Shown one piece after another: positions 1 to 14,372 of a stretch of DNA of 64,000 bases. Each line of letters begins with the position of its first letter. The first letter of the stretch is position 1. Made by a program: the position numbers and the translations under genes. The notes below the pieces were generated by a model, which was not told the DNA's origin, did no database searches, and worked only from the letters and a program-made list of their open reading frames with translations. The stretch lies in contig CM102290.1 of assembly GCA_046563655.1 (NCBI GenBank), positions 6,634,001 to 6,698,000 of the forward strand. The letters are read 5' to 3'. This DNA is from Yuukianura sp. NJ FZ-2021 (Eukaryota).

Positions 1-4
1 GGAA

Positions 5-1890
5 ATGGATCATCGTCAACTTTTTAGTAACGTGGACTTGTCTTCTGGACAAGGCGATCATGGAAGTTCTGAGGTCGAAGGTTACTCTGTCACAGGATCG
101 TCTTCGCTTCTAGCTAGAAGTATTTTGCATGGTTCCATGGAGGATATCCATCAAAAAAGTTATGGAAACTAGCTGGTCAAGAAGTCACTAGCATCGTCTT
201 CTTCTACTCCAGCATCGTCAGCGTCATCAGATCACTCCCTATCGTCAGATCAAGATACTATGACTCCATCCAAAGCCAAGGCCAAGATTTCTTTGACGAA
301 GCCTGCGACTCTTAACAGAGGAGTTGGGACTGAAGTAGAAAATGGAGCGCTGTACAAGTACATTCAAGAGGAAAAACGAGCAGTACTTCTACGCAAGGTC
401 ATTACAACGTTTCTGTGCGGGGACTTAGAAAGACTTCGCAGAAACTGAACGAAGCCGAAGAGCAGCGGAAGTTGAAAGAAGTTGAATGTGCTGCTCGAAT
501 GATCCTGAACACTATATTGCTCAGTTCGTGGGGGCAGGATAAGCAACAACTCACAAAACTTCTACATGAAAATGCTCAACTAACAATTTCGATAATTTTT
601 ATCAAAATTGTAGTTGTCAAAAAAAAATCTTCTGAAATTAATGTTGGCTTTATATTCCAGGTTGAAAATTTAACTCTGCAACTTCGAGCTCTTCGGCATT
701 TACAAGGTCAGGAAAAGGATCGAGCCAATGAGAAAGTCACCGAAATTCGGAATTTGAAAACACAAGTGGCTAATGCTCAAAAGTCGCTCAAAAATTCTGA
801 AAACGTGAGTTGCAAATCAACATTCAAAAACTTAGTTTAAATGCTCCGATCTTCCTTTATCTTCCAGGATTTGGCAAGTATTCAAGAAGAGTTACGCTAC
901 TGCCGTGAAGACAATCAGAAACTGACTGAGCAGAAGACATTTTTACACAAGGAACTGGAAGAGCTGATTGCTGAAGAAAGTCGAATGGTCGAAACCGTTG
1001 AAACGGAACGAAGACGTGCCAGTCGAACGGAGGAGGAATGCCGAATAACTAAAGCTGAGGTACACTGATTCAGTTTTTGAAATGTTTTGCACTTTTCACC
1101 TTTGAAAGTGAAATTGAAAGCAAAATTAACATTTCCAACTTTTTTTTATTTGCAGTACACCGATTTACGAAAAGAAGTCAAAGACTTTAGTGCGCAGAGC
1201 TTCCAGTGGAGAGAGCGAAGCCGAACACTGGAAACCCAAGAAATTCAAATTCAAGAAAATCTTGACCTTAGAGAAACATCGCTGCGCCTTTTGGAATCTA
1301 ATTTCAAATTGCTTTTGAGTGAACGAGAGCAACTGGAACTGTAAGCTTGAGTTACATTTTTGGAAATTTTTTAAAATCAGAATTTCGATTTCGTATTACA
1401 GGAACAAGAAATCGCTTGAAGACGCCTGCAGTGATATGCAAGAACTCCTCAACGCGGAAGTATCAAAAAGTGAATCGCTGAAACTACAATGGCAGCTACC
1501 GAATCTCAAGAGGAAAAGTTAGCAGCGCTCGAGGAATCAGTGCTCATATTGCGGTGAATAATTGATTGTTGTTGACCTTCCAAATTTAAAAAATTTTAAT
1601 TTTTCAAAACTAATTAATCATTTTTTCTGTTTTTTGTTTTTAGCAACGAAAATCAGAAGACAATGAAAGAACTCTACTGGCACAAACTTCGCAATGTTCG
1701 TAGTCGTCGAGGTAAGAATCTTTACTTTACAACAATTTCGTTCGTATTTTTGACAAAACGATGACAAAATTTTGTTTTACATTTTAGCATGGGTCAATGC
1801 GGTAGAAAGTTTTAGCAGTCCTACGTGGTTGATCAAGTATTTACTATTTGGTGGAGAAACATCGAACGAAACTCAAGAGGTAGAAAAATG
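5..1890 (+). pseudogene. Multi-exon coiled-coil protein gene of unknown family, disrupted
   Basis: E/K/Q/L-rich exons separated by ~55-90-bp introns (e.g. gtgagt at 805 to ttccag at 868). In-frame TAG at ~170, frameshift at ~420-445, probable GT>AT donor loss at ~592. Confidence 0.55.
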
Positions 1891-1996
1891 AACAAATCTT
1901 TAGACAAACGATCTGTGAGTATTGGATTAAAACAATTTCAATTCAAGTGTTAACTTTCTGCAAGTCTTCTCAAATTTTCAAAAAGGTTAGGTTACG

Positions 1997-4429
1997 CTAA
2001 CTCGCTGTCCTAATCCCTGTTTTCAAACTGTCTTGTTACACATCTTGAACAGTTTCCGGTAATCGCTTATTCTTTGTTGCTGGAAGTAGAAGCGCTACGA
2101 ATCCGGCTATAAGCGACAGTGTTCCAAACAACGTCGGAGGAATAGTTTTGTTTTCACTTCCCTAATTCCGTTTTTTAAACATTCCGGCTAGTTTGTGATG
2201 TTTGAATTCAAAATTTTTTGGAAAACATTTCAAAATGTCGTACCAAAATATCAACAATGTAAGGAGCCGAAGCAGAACCGATTCTACGCGCCATCGAAGC
2301 AGATCCTACCCCAAACGTTCTGAGTAATGTCGGTATCAACTCCGTTGCATAGAGGTAAATCAATCTGTTAATTAACAGTTAACATTAATTAGTTATAATT
2401 TATAATTACCTAATTGCTTCTTTTTACTTACGAGTAGGCTGCTCCAATCATCAACTTTCCAAACAGGACTAGGCAAACGATCATTGGCGTCCCTTGGCCA
2501 AACAGCAGCGATCCCAGAAGACTTGAACCGCAGAGCAGCAGGAACGCTGAAAATATTTTCTTCCTTCCGAAGTATTTGATCAACGGAGGAACCATGAGAT
2601 AGGAGGGTATTTCCAGAACTCCGCTTAGAAAAGTGTACCTACAAGAATTTGACCTTTGACCTGCCGGAGTATTTGGTAACAAATTCATAGTTAATGTACT
2701 TAGAGGTTTGCTGATAAGTTTGGAGAAGTCAAGGCTACTCCGTAATATATCATTGAGCAGGAGAACCAACAGACGTAGAGCACCAGTCTCCTTGTTCCAA
2801 GTTTTGGTGTTCGAAACAACTGCGCATGGCCCTTAAGGGTTACCTTCAGTTTTTCTGTCCAGGATTCCTTGGGCTTATGTTCTTCTTTTTCCTAGAAAAT
2901 GAAGAAAAATGCTTAATTTGATTTCAGAAATTTTCAAAAATACTAATTTATAAAATAACAGAAAGTTTTGGACCAACTGAGAGAAGTTCGAAGGAAGACG
3001 ATTGGCTCTACCGTTGACTTGAGCAACATTTCGAAGTATTGTTTCAGGTTCAGTGATTCTTCCTTTTCTTAGGAACCACCGTGGACTTTCTGAAGCGATG
3101 AAACAAGTTAGGATTTGCAACATTGCTTGGACGGCTACCACTAGCTGCAAAGTTATCCAGTCACGGAAGAAGTAGGCGAACACTGGTAAGGCCATGTACC
3201 CTATAGTAACAAAAATCTTAAAACCGTGGCAGTACTTTTGTTAAAGAATTTACAAATATTTGAAAACGCTGTTTATTTAGAAGTTTACCAAAAGCAAATG
3301 GAAGGCAAAACAGGTTTCCAACCAGACCTCTCCAGGAAGTTCCAAACGCTCTCTACAGCTGAAATCAGAAAATCAGTGCAATTTTCAGTGAAATCAGCAG
3401 ATTACTCCATCTTGTAAGCGTTCCAGCGCTTGCAGCGACGGGTGAGAGCAAGCGTCTTACCTAAAACAAATGAAGTGCCATACATTCCAGGCGAAGATGC
3501 TGCAAGAACGAATCTGCCGATCATCAAAGTGGTCAGCGTTGGTGCAACGGCAACGAATGGTCCAGCGAAAATGAAGATCGTACTGGCAATTGCAATCGTC
3601 TTCCTTTTTCCGATTCTGTCCGACAGTGAGCCAAATATTGGACTGCCAAAGAGAGTTCCCAATGTAGATCGACTGGACTGTTGAAGCGACTGCTTGCGAA
3701 CCACAGATCAGGTCAAACTATAAACAAAAACAAACTTCAACATTGAAATTTTAGTAAACATTTGAGTTGAATTGTTGTAATTTTTAGTTAAACTCACTTC
3801 TGTTACAATAAATTGTGGATTGGAAAGTGCCGGTATCGAATTCCGTGGCGGAGCAAGCGACTTTGTGACCTTGGTCGATTGGTGGCAAAGTTTCGTTGTT
3901 CCAAGGCACTCCATTGTTATCCCACGGAAGATAGTACTGCGAACATTTTTCATAAGCACCGGACGAATCCCTTAGCATAAAAACAATTTTGAGTAATCTA
4001 CAGTTAATTGTATTTAATCTTTCCAGATAGACAGTAATGACTGAAAATTACACTGGAATCAAGAGAGCCTTGACCTCTTCAGGAGTTAAACCTTGAACCG
4101 GCGGAAGCTGACACCAATGATCCGGAACGGCTCCAATGAAAGCATAAACCAAATTGCTAAGAGCCGTTAAAAAGCCACAAAATGACACGGCCAGGACGAG
4201 CTGTTAAGGTCAAAGGTCAAAATGTTTTAGTTGACGTTTGGCTTGTATTCATTATTTCCCTTACCCGCAATTGCCACCTACCGGCATGTCCGCAAATTTT
4301 TAGCAAATCTTCAAGCGTTTCGGCTGTACCGACCTCGGCTTTTTCAGCGTTGGAGTCCTCAGACGAACTCACGCTCACTTCTGACGCTGTATCAGACGGC
4401 AAAGAGGGATGCATATCTTCTGCTTCCAT
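1997..4429 (-). pseudogene. SLC22 / organic cation transporter-like MFS gene, pseudogenised
   Basis: Motifs DHWC, FDLICG, GSLSDRIGKRK, ESPRWF, FLSGVLEIPSY, ELIPTLLR and LPET across exons. Frameshifts at ~3660 and ~3810, a damaged donor at ~2700, and a premature TAA at ~2036. Confidence 0.85.
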
Positions 4430-4901
4430 GTTCACCTTATTGCGTCAACTTCTAGCTAGGGTATTTTGGCCTTTGACCTCTGAAACGACTTTGGATCACA
4501 CAGAGATAGTTGGCGTCCGGAATTTCCTGAGCAAGAACCTAATGCTGTTATGTTCCTCTCGCTTTACAACTCCAGACATTTACTATTTCGTTCCAGATAC
4601 TAACTGTGGTTTGGCCAACTATAAAAGCAAATTTGGTTTTCATTAAAGCGACTTATAAGTATAAGATGTAAATTATTATGTATGGTGTGATGCAAATATT
4701 GTATTACTACTGGAGAAAACAGTAACTCGAGAACGTTTGGAAACAGCAAAAACCCATATTTGCAAAAGCAAAACTAACCTAAACTACCTTTAAACCAATT
4801 AACTCTCTCGTATCAAGTTTTGATTACTAATCTTTCTAAATCTTACGACAAATTCTCCAGGCTAAGTAGCTTGGAATCTAAAGCTGCACTGCAAGTACAT
4901 T

Positions 4902-5712
4902 AGGGGTTCTCACGGTCCAAAAAAGAATCCGATTCTTTTTAGAAGAGGATCTTTTTTTCTCGGTTTATAATCCGCCTCCGTGAATGGACCGTTTCTGACA
5001 AAGCTGATTATAATTTATAATCAGTTCTTTGGGGCGGTGATAGGAATTTGCAAATCGTAAATAACCTATAACGTCACTAGTTGAGTCAAATTGTTTATTT
5101 GATTATGACTTATAAAACAATTAAGGATGTCGCCAAAGAGTGACCAGGGTTAATGAAGGAGTTAGTGGTTAGTCTACTAGTCCCATTGGCTGGCAAATAA
5201 CTGTTAGGTGGGAGGTATCAGCCTGAAATCGTAATATTTACGATGCACGATTTAACAGAACTACTGGAGCTGTTGACCACTTATCGATACATGGAAACTG
5301 ACACCAGTTCCTAAAAGTATCCATTGCATTGGCTGGAAACTATCAGAAGCCAAAAAAAAATAAGGTGTAACTTTGGCTCGTGTCTTCAAGTATCAGTCAT
5401 CACTGTTTCAGTTTGATGTGTCCATTTGAATGAAGATGGAGTGACCGCACTATCACTAAATGGTTGGTGGGCATTTGGCTTGGCAATTAGTTAGATATAG
5501 TAACTAATTAAACTAATTAAAAACTTAAAAACTTCGAAAACCGAATAAGAGAAACAGCGAGAATCGGATTCTTTTGAAAAAGATCCACTCGAAAGAGGAT
5601 CCGAGGAAAAAGGGATTATAATCCATTTTTTGAATTTCGCGCCCGAGAAAAAAGAACCGATTCTGAAAAAGAATCGGATTCTGGATTATAATCCACCACC
5701 GTGAGAACCCCT
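4902..5712. mobile_element. Non-autonomous TIR element (MITE)
   Basis: TIRs AGGGGTTCTCACGGT / ACCGTGAGAACCCCT. Flanks read as an ATT 3-bp TSD (or TA if the TIR starts at GGGG). Subterminal GAATC(C/G)GATTC palindromes at both ends. No ORF. Confidence 0.8.
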
Positions 5713-5784
5713 ATTGTGATTCAAAGCATCATACGAGGGTCAACTGTGAAGTGTAATGAATTTGTAATCATTTGAAGTCTTGTT

Positions 5785-7898
5785 CAGTAAGTATTTGTGA
5801 AATGTGTAAAATAATTAAATAAGTTGTGTTACATGTATTTTTTGATCGTTTCCAAATTTTGGGGGAATGAAATACCTTTTCAAAGAAAAATTTTGGTGAA
5901 AAAAATTTGACCCTAACGCAACCCGTTGCTGAGTTGTGAGAGGTCAAGGTCGCCATTTTGGAAATGTTCACCCGCGTGTATCTCCGGAGTTTCTTAACCG
6001 ATTGAGGTGATCTTGGTGTCAAATGAAAGCCCTTGACATGCTCCAGATGGCTTTTTTTTTCAAAAATTTGGTCAAGGGCCCATGGACCCTTATTTTTTTT
6101 AAATCAAGGCACCTTGGGGTTTCTAACTTAAAATTTTAATCTTTTCGGTACGATAACGTGAAAATAGCAAAACTCGACAAAACGGACCCTTAAGGGCCTC
6201 CTTATGATATTAAGGGCCCCCCTGAAATTTTTCCTATATGCTCCCAAACAACGTTTAAACAAGTTGTAGTGACGCAGCTGCAACGGGGTGATTTCTTAGC
6301 GCTCAATAAAGTCTCTATTTTAACATTTCTGCTCAGTCGTTCTCTGAAAACGACTGGGCTACGCTTATGCTCCTAGCTTCTGCGGGTCTAATACCCGCCA
6401 CCCCCTCCTGACCTAATCATTTGACCTAGGCATCCCCTAACTCATGACCTACATTGGGTGGAGCTGGTCCCACCAACCCACATCATTTAGTGTATGAATC
6501 TACAAGTGCTTCTACTGTTTTTCTAAACCTTGGATGAAAATGGAAGATTCCCTTACCTCAATCGGCTGCAGTTGATCTGGTGAGAGTACAAGCGGCGGAA
6601 TACGTGAGAGTCGTAGAAGTGAAGCGGTCGAATGGTGTAAAGGATTTCCAGGAAGAGTACTTTATTGTTCAGAAGACTCAGTGCCCTTAACCGTTTAAAC
6701 TTAAAGCTTACTAGAGAAAGAAACAAGCTTAGCCAAAAGCTATTCTAGAAATGACTTTCCCTAGCTTAACGAAAGTGGCTAATCTGACAATAAGAACTAA
6801 CTTACTTAGAGAGAGAGAGAGAGAGCTTAGTGCTAAAGCTTATTTAAAAATGACTTAATGCTAACAAGGTTCCGCTTATATTTATAACCTTACACTTGAC
6901 CTGAACTGTCCTTCAACTGAGGGACGCTTAGCGACCTGAGTTCAAAGTTGTACGTTAATGACCAGGATCTATGATCTTGTTTTGTCATTAATGTCCAAGA
7001 TTGAACAAAGTTACGAGCCTATGCAAATTGATAAAACAATGATTTTGAATGGGAGAATCAACTCTCTTGCGAGTGGACACCCCATGTTTGACAGATGTCA
7101 AACTTTCTGAGCAAGTTGTTTTACATGACAAGTCCTTTGGACTTGTCAAATCACCTTTTTCTTATCATAAGTCTTGAGACCTCCTGTCTCAATTTCCCAA
7201 TTTTCCTTAATTATCAATCTGCATACTCAACATGTCTCTTACCCGGTTTTAACTAGTTTTGTCTTAACTTAATTCGGCGTCCGAATTCGGCCCAACCCCA
7301 GATCAATTGATTGATTTGGAGGTGGCTCGAAATCCGGCGTTACACAGCCCCACCTTTAGGGTACCCTTAAACAAAAAATAGCATTAAATGGTTGCTGCGT
7401 CACTACAACTTGTGTAAACGTTGTTTGGGAGCATATAGGAAAAAATTTCAGGGGGGCCCTTAATATCATAAGGAGGCCCTTAAGGGTCCGTTTTGTCGAG
7501 TTTCGCTATTTTCACGTTATCGTACCGAAAAGATTAAAATTTTAAGTTAGAAACCACAAGGTGCCTTGATTTAAAAAAAATAAGGGTCCATGGGCCCCTG
7601 ACCAAATTTTTGAAAAAAAAAACGCCATTTAGAGCATGTCAAGGGCTTTCATTTGATACCAAGATGACCTCAATCGGTTAAGAAACTCCGGAGATACACG
7701 CGGGTGAACATTTCCAAAATGGTTAGGCCTTGACCTTGACCTCTCACAACTCAGCAACGGGTTGCGTTAGGGTCAAATTTTTTTCGCCAAAATTTTTCTT
7801 TCAAAAGGTATTTCATTCCCCCAAAATTTGGAAACGATCAAAAAATACATGTAACACAACGTATTTAATTATTTTACACATTTCACAAATACTTACTC
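5785..7898. mobile_element. Non-autonomous foldback DNA transposon, Sola2-like
   Basis: ~495-bp near-identical TIRs (5785-6278, ~7395-7898). Right end ...CTTACTC equals a 5'-GAG terminus (left end reads CAG). 4-bp TSD TGTT (5781-5784, 7899-7902). Confidence 0.75.
6279..7344 (-). mobile_element. Solo LTR (Gypsy-like, 4-bp TSD) inside the foldback element
   Basis: TGCAACG...CGTTACA termini and CAGC TSD (6275-6278, 7345-7348). TATA-like and AATAAA motifs on the minus strand. Confidence 0.75.
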
Positions 7899-8357
7899 TG
7901 TTACATACAAATCCTGCGTAAAATTCTTATGCTTGAATCCTTATCGACCAATCGTAATCCTAGAAATGCAGAATCAATCAAGTACAACTGTCATTCTGTC
8001 TTCTCTGACCGTTAAATTAATTGATATGTAGGAGATCAATGGCGAAGAGTCTTCTCCTTACCTAATTATTTACAGAAGGTATGCATAAACGTTCCTAAAT
8101 GTAAACTTATTCCTGTTTTTCATTCTTCTCTGCCTTGCTTCTTGCTCTTGTCACAATCTCCAGCTTCTCCCAAGATCGTGGAAATAAGTACGTCCCGTAC
8201 TAGTCCAGAACAGAATAGTCCAGCGTACTTATTTAGTTAACCATGACTTGATTCTAATGACCCTTAAACATAGACTGGGGCCCATAGGTTTCTACAGCAG
8301 CAATGACCCAGAAGTACCCGGGAACTTAATAAAACATTGCACTTATCATTCGAAGTC

Positions 8358-8636
8358 TGTTGTCGCATTGCAGTATCTACTACAGTTGGAAACCCAGTGA
8401 GACCCTGCCTCCAAGCCGTGAATAGCTTGATATCTGTATTCCAAGGAATGTTTCTTGTTGATGGTTTGAACGGATTGTTTTTGGAGACATGAAGAAAAGC
8501 TACAAGAATATGGCGATAGAAATCTCTCCAACATAACTCACTAACCCAGCATACCAAACCTTCAGTTCCACTGCTCAAAGATGCGTTTATATCCAGAACC
8601 TTGTTTAAAAGATTTCTCACAGTAATCATGCCCAAA
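8358..8636 (-). pseudogene. Fragment of class I CPD photolyase FAD-binding domain, fungal/microbial type
   Basis: GTEGLVCWVSELCWRDFYRHILVAF..VSKNNPFKP...IPW...FTAWRQGLTGFP.VD.AMRQ. Intronless and truncated at both ends. Confidence 0.8.
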
Positions 8637-8722
8637 ACATCTGCTTCTTTGCATAAATAGTTGTTAGCAGATTCAAAATGAAAAGATACATGAGAAATAA
8701 ACTTCTTGCAAAGACGACGTAA

Positions 8723-10012
8723 ATAAGTATCGTCAGATCAATGATAGAGAGTTCCGGCGCGGCAAATTGTTGACCGAGACCTCTGATATTGTTCGAGGTC
8801 ACTAGAGGTCAAACAACATTCGGAATTTTAGTCCTCGCGTCGTCAAAAATCCATCCTCGGAAACCACTTCCGAATCGGTCCATTTCCGAATTGTAGAGAA
8901 AAAGAGGACGTTGAGCCTTGACCCTGTTAGAGGTCACTCGTAGTGATCAAAATGGGATCCCTAGAATCCGCTTCCGATTCGATCTATCCGTTTCCGAATT
9001 TGTACAAAAAAAAAGATGACCTTGACATTTGTTCCTGTTAGAGTCAAAATCAGGATCTCCGCAAACCCATTTCCGAGTCTGCCTATCCGCTTCCGTAATG
9101 TAAATGGAGCATAACCTTGACTTTTGACACCAATATAGGTCACTGTAGCTGAATCCAAAACCTGATTTTTAGTCATCTGGTCAGTAGTTAATATTTAAAA
9201 AAAACTGCTTAGAAATGAGTGCAGTGGTTATCGAGTTATAAGCATTACGGACAGACAGACAGATGGACGGAGGGACGGAGAATACGATCTTTATAAGTAT
9301 CTGACGATGCTTAAAAATTATCAACTCGGATAAACAGCTTTCGACCGTTGTAAACGCCGTAACTAAGTAGCGAATTGTGCATAAGGGTTTGTGACGATGA
9401 TTCATACATTTGAAGCACCAGGTCAAAAGTCAAGGTCACGAAGTTGTTGTCTCAATGAGATGAACACCTTCTGTAAGAGACATTTTTTCGATTTCCGTGA
9501 AAGAAATGTACTTGACCTTGACCTTTGACCCGGAATTTGGCCACTTCCGGTTAATTCAGAAACCGATTAGTCGCCCCCATACCATGCGAAGGTCAACTGC
9601 GAAAACAGGTTGAACATCGGTTCAGTGGTTCCAAAGTTATAGACGCTCGTAGTATGAGCGACGCCATTTTGTAACTTGCAGCGCCAATATCTCTAGAACC
9701 GTAGGTCAAAGGTCAAGATCACCGACAAAAAAGTTGTTCCTCTCATTGAGATGAACAACTTTTGTAGAGACCATTTTTCCAAATTCCGTCGAAAATGAAC
9801 TTGACTTTGACCTTTGACCCGGAAGTTGGCCACTTCCGGTCAAACCGGAAACCACTTGTCCACCCCTGGACCAGGTGTAGTTCATATGTGAAGACAAATT
9901 GAAAATCGGTCCAGCGGTTCCAGAGATGTTGTGGCTAGTATACAGTCGGACGGACAGACGGACGGACGGACGGACGGCCATTACGATCCCTATAAGTATC
10001 TGACGATACTTA
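8723..10012 (-). mobile_element. Helentron-associated non-autonomous elements (HINE/DINE-1-like), two tandem units
   Basis: 5' hairpin AAGTATC-GTCA-GATACTT at ~10010, with a variant at ~9310, each followed by a (GTCC/GTCT)n microsatellite. Inverted subterminal copy at 8724. A/T-run insertion site, no TSD. Confidence 0.65.
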
Positions 10013-10035
10013 ATAAGCTTTTCACTCAGTCCAAC

Positions 10036-10646
10036 ATCAGGCAAGCTTCTACCTGCACTGTTGATGAACGTTTTAATTTACCGAAAGAAATTTCCAATCT
10101 CCAAGTATTTTAACGTAGCGTTAGTTACTCTCGGAGTGGGTGGTTTCATCTTCTTTGACCAAAAACCAACCTCGAATTCTTCTTCCTTCGATTCTCGAAG
10201 TCTGATGGGAGTCGGTCTGTTGCTGTACAACTTGTTTCTCGATGGAGTAACGAACTCCACGCAAGATTTTATTCTCGCTCATTTCAAAGTACGCAGCCAG
10301 AGTAATGATGTTCTTCATGAACGCTATTTCAATCACCTCTTTATTTTCATTCTAGTTACTCAATCCGTATTCAAACGAAATAAGCAGTGCCCTCAAGTTC
10401 CTTACTCAGTATCCCTCTCCAATAATGGATTTTTTTTTGCATTTTGTGGGGCATGGGGCAGAATGTTATTTACTACACGTTTGAAAAGTTTGGTTCGATG
10501 TGCTTACTGAAGTTACAGTAACGAGAAAGCTCTTTACAGTTTTGATTTCATTGATGTACTTCAACGACAACCTCAATTGCATGCAATGGGCTTCTGTTGG
10601 TTTGGTGTTTGTAGCATTGGTACTGGAGAACGTGTTTATAGGTTAG
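10036..10646 (+). pseudogene. 5'-truncated fungal-type UDP-galactose transporter (HUT1/SLC35B1 family) fragment
   Basis: KLLPALLMNVLIYRKKFP..KY, NLFLDGVTNSTQD, FAFCGA.G, EKFGS, VTVTRKLFTVLIS, QWASVGLVF. Intronless with several frameshifts. Flanked by direct repeat TTCACTCAGTC. Confidence 0.85.
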
Positions 10647-12738
10647 GCTGAACTATTCACTCAGTCAGTGATAGTTAGCTGAATGATGCTTTTGCTTATT
10701 CCTTCAATAAACTAACAGCACATGCTGAAGAAAATCATGCGCATTATGCTGGAAGCGCTGCTGCACATGCAACTGCGGTATAGTTGCTGCTTTTCAGTTC
10801 ATGTTCTGAATAGCTAGACTGATGGAAAATATGTCGTCCGACAAGCAGCACTTCTCATTTCCAGCAGTGTCCAAGTCCAACAAACTTGTGAACTTCGAAA
10901 AGTATTTCACTTTTGACTTAATCTGGTACCAAATCTAACGAGAAAAAGAAATTAATTAACACTCTTCAAATATTACCCTGAACTTTGTTAAACCTCCAAC
11001 TCGTTGTTTTCACCCAACTTGACCAAACCTTATGCAGAAACTATGCAACCGCAACATAATCCATTACCAGCGGTTTTAAAGCGGTTCTTTTAAAAAGTTC
11101 CTCTCATTCTGAATTTTGGTCTCATTTACCTTTTGTTAACTTTTGTCGAAGAAAAATGTGAAAACATTGATGTCAAAGACGCTGTTTTTTCTATGCAAGT
11201 TTTCGCTTACAAAATAGGTTAAAAGGAACTGCGGATTTATTTATGATGGCATTAAAGTGGCTATTTAGACTTTTATTTTCTCTTTCAATGAAAAAGTAGC
11301 TCAAAATTTTCTTTCATGCCTTTTTAACTAACTAACTGGTATCTTCCATTTTTCAGAAAAACCCTATGCTTGTTGTTGTTTGTCGGTAGCGATTGAATAC
11401 TCCTGAAGAGTGAATTTTGAATGCTGCATTTCAGTTTTTAAAAACGTTTGTAAATATTCTTCATTGTTTGAATGAATCTCGTTTGTACGGAAGCGACATA
11501 TTTTTCCTCCAAATTTTATGACCGTAGAGATCGTTTAGTAAAAGAATGGAGATTTGCACATCTTTTTAATTACTCAGTTCTCTCTTTGCAATTATTACAT
11601 AATTTCAACCCTGTTACTGCATAGTTATTAAAAAAGACAAACAAAAGAAGCAACTAATTTTTCCAGCAACTCAGGTATTTGCTTTGGATCAAGTTGAATA
11701 GCGTGCCGAACAATTAATTTTTGCATGAAACTTCAACCTGTTCAGTGCAAACGATGGACTTCCTGCATAGCGCTCTTCCAAAGTTTTCAGTACAAAATCT
11801 AACAATTCCTTTGAATGATCAGTGTTTTCAACAATCAGCAAAACAAATTGAAAAGCAGGGAATTAGTGTTATACCTTGGAGTAAGCGACCCCAGTTGATA
11901 CGCAGACGGAACGCCGGTGGGTTGGCCAGTTACGAAAACGGCCTCACCTCCAGCTACAAGGACAATACAAATTTTTTTTTGAACCAATTTATTAATTTAT
12001 TTGGTCTAAAATTTTTTTATCGATATAACAAAACAAGTGTTACATCGAACTCAAAAACGGTTGTGAGTAGCACAAAAAAAACATTTTTCTTTTGCAAAAA
12101 TTAACCAGTGCTCATTTCGCAACCATTTCACAAAACAAGTGCTCAAAAATCCGACATTCAGCAAGTTACGAATTCTACAGCACGATTGGGGGCTGGTACC
12201 ACTCTCACCCTGACTTTGGTTGGTGGCGGTGATTGTCCGGAGTAGACATCAACACTCAGCAGAGCTTCGACGCACTCAGCGATCGAGCAGTTGCTGAGCA
12301 CTGCTGAGAGAAAGAAAGCACAAGAGTCATTAGAACGCAATTTTGGGCTGGGTACTGGGTAGGGAACTTTGGGTTAATTGCGCTCCAACTTCTTCATTTG
12401 TGTTCACACAACGAGGTAAGACTGTAACATTAATTGGCTTTTGATTCAATTAAGAATACTTTGATTGCCAAGTCTTATTGTTAGTAGGATCACAGTCCCC
12501 AAGGCTAACTGTAGGCCCCTTTGAAATTTGGAATTAGACTGGAGGATCGACAAGCACTACTTAGGATCTACTCACAAATTTAAGAAGTTGATCACTTTAA
12601 GTCATTTGAATGTATAGTATTGGTGACTGACTCATGAACTCAAATAAGCGAACTCTGAAGTATTATTGTTGTTAATTGGTCTTTTTTTATTTTGTTTGCA
12701 CTGAAAATAGGCTTCCAAATTGTTGAAATTGTCATCAC

Positions 12739-14372
<1,634 letters not shown>

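Noticed and set aside
5768..7921. Twin ORFs (5768-6022 minus, 7730-7921 plus) with the same peptide
   Set aside because: Mirror translations of the two TIRs.
11721..12420. ORFs and a GC-richer patch downstream of PCYT2
   Set aside because: No recognisable motifs, termini or TSD.
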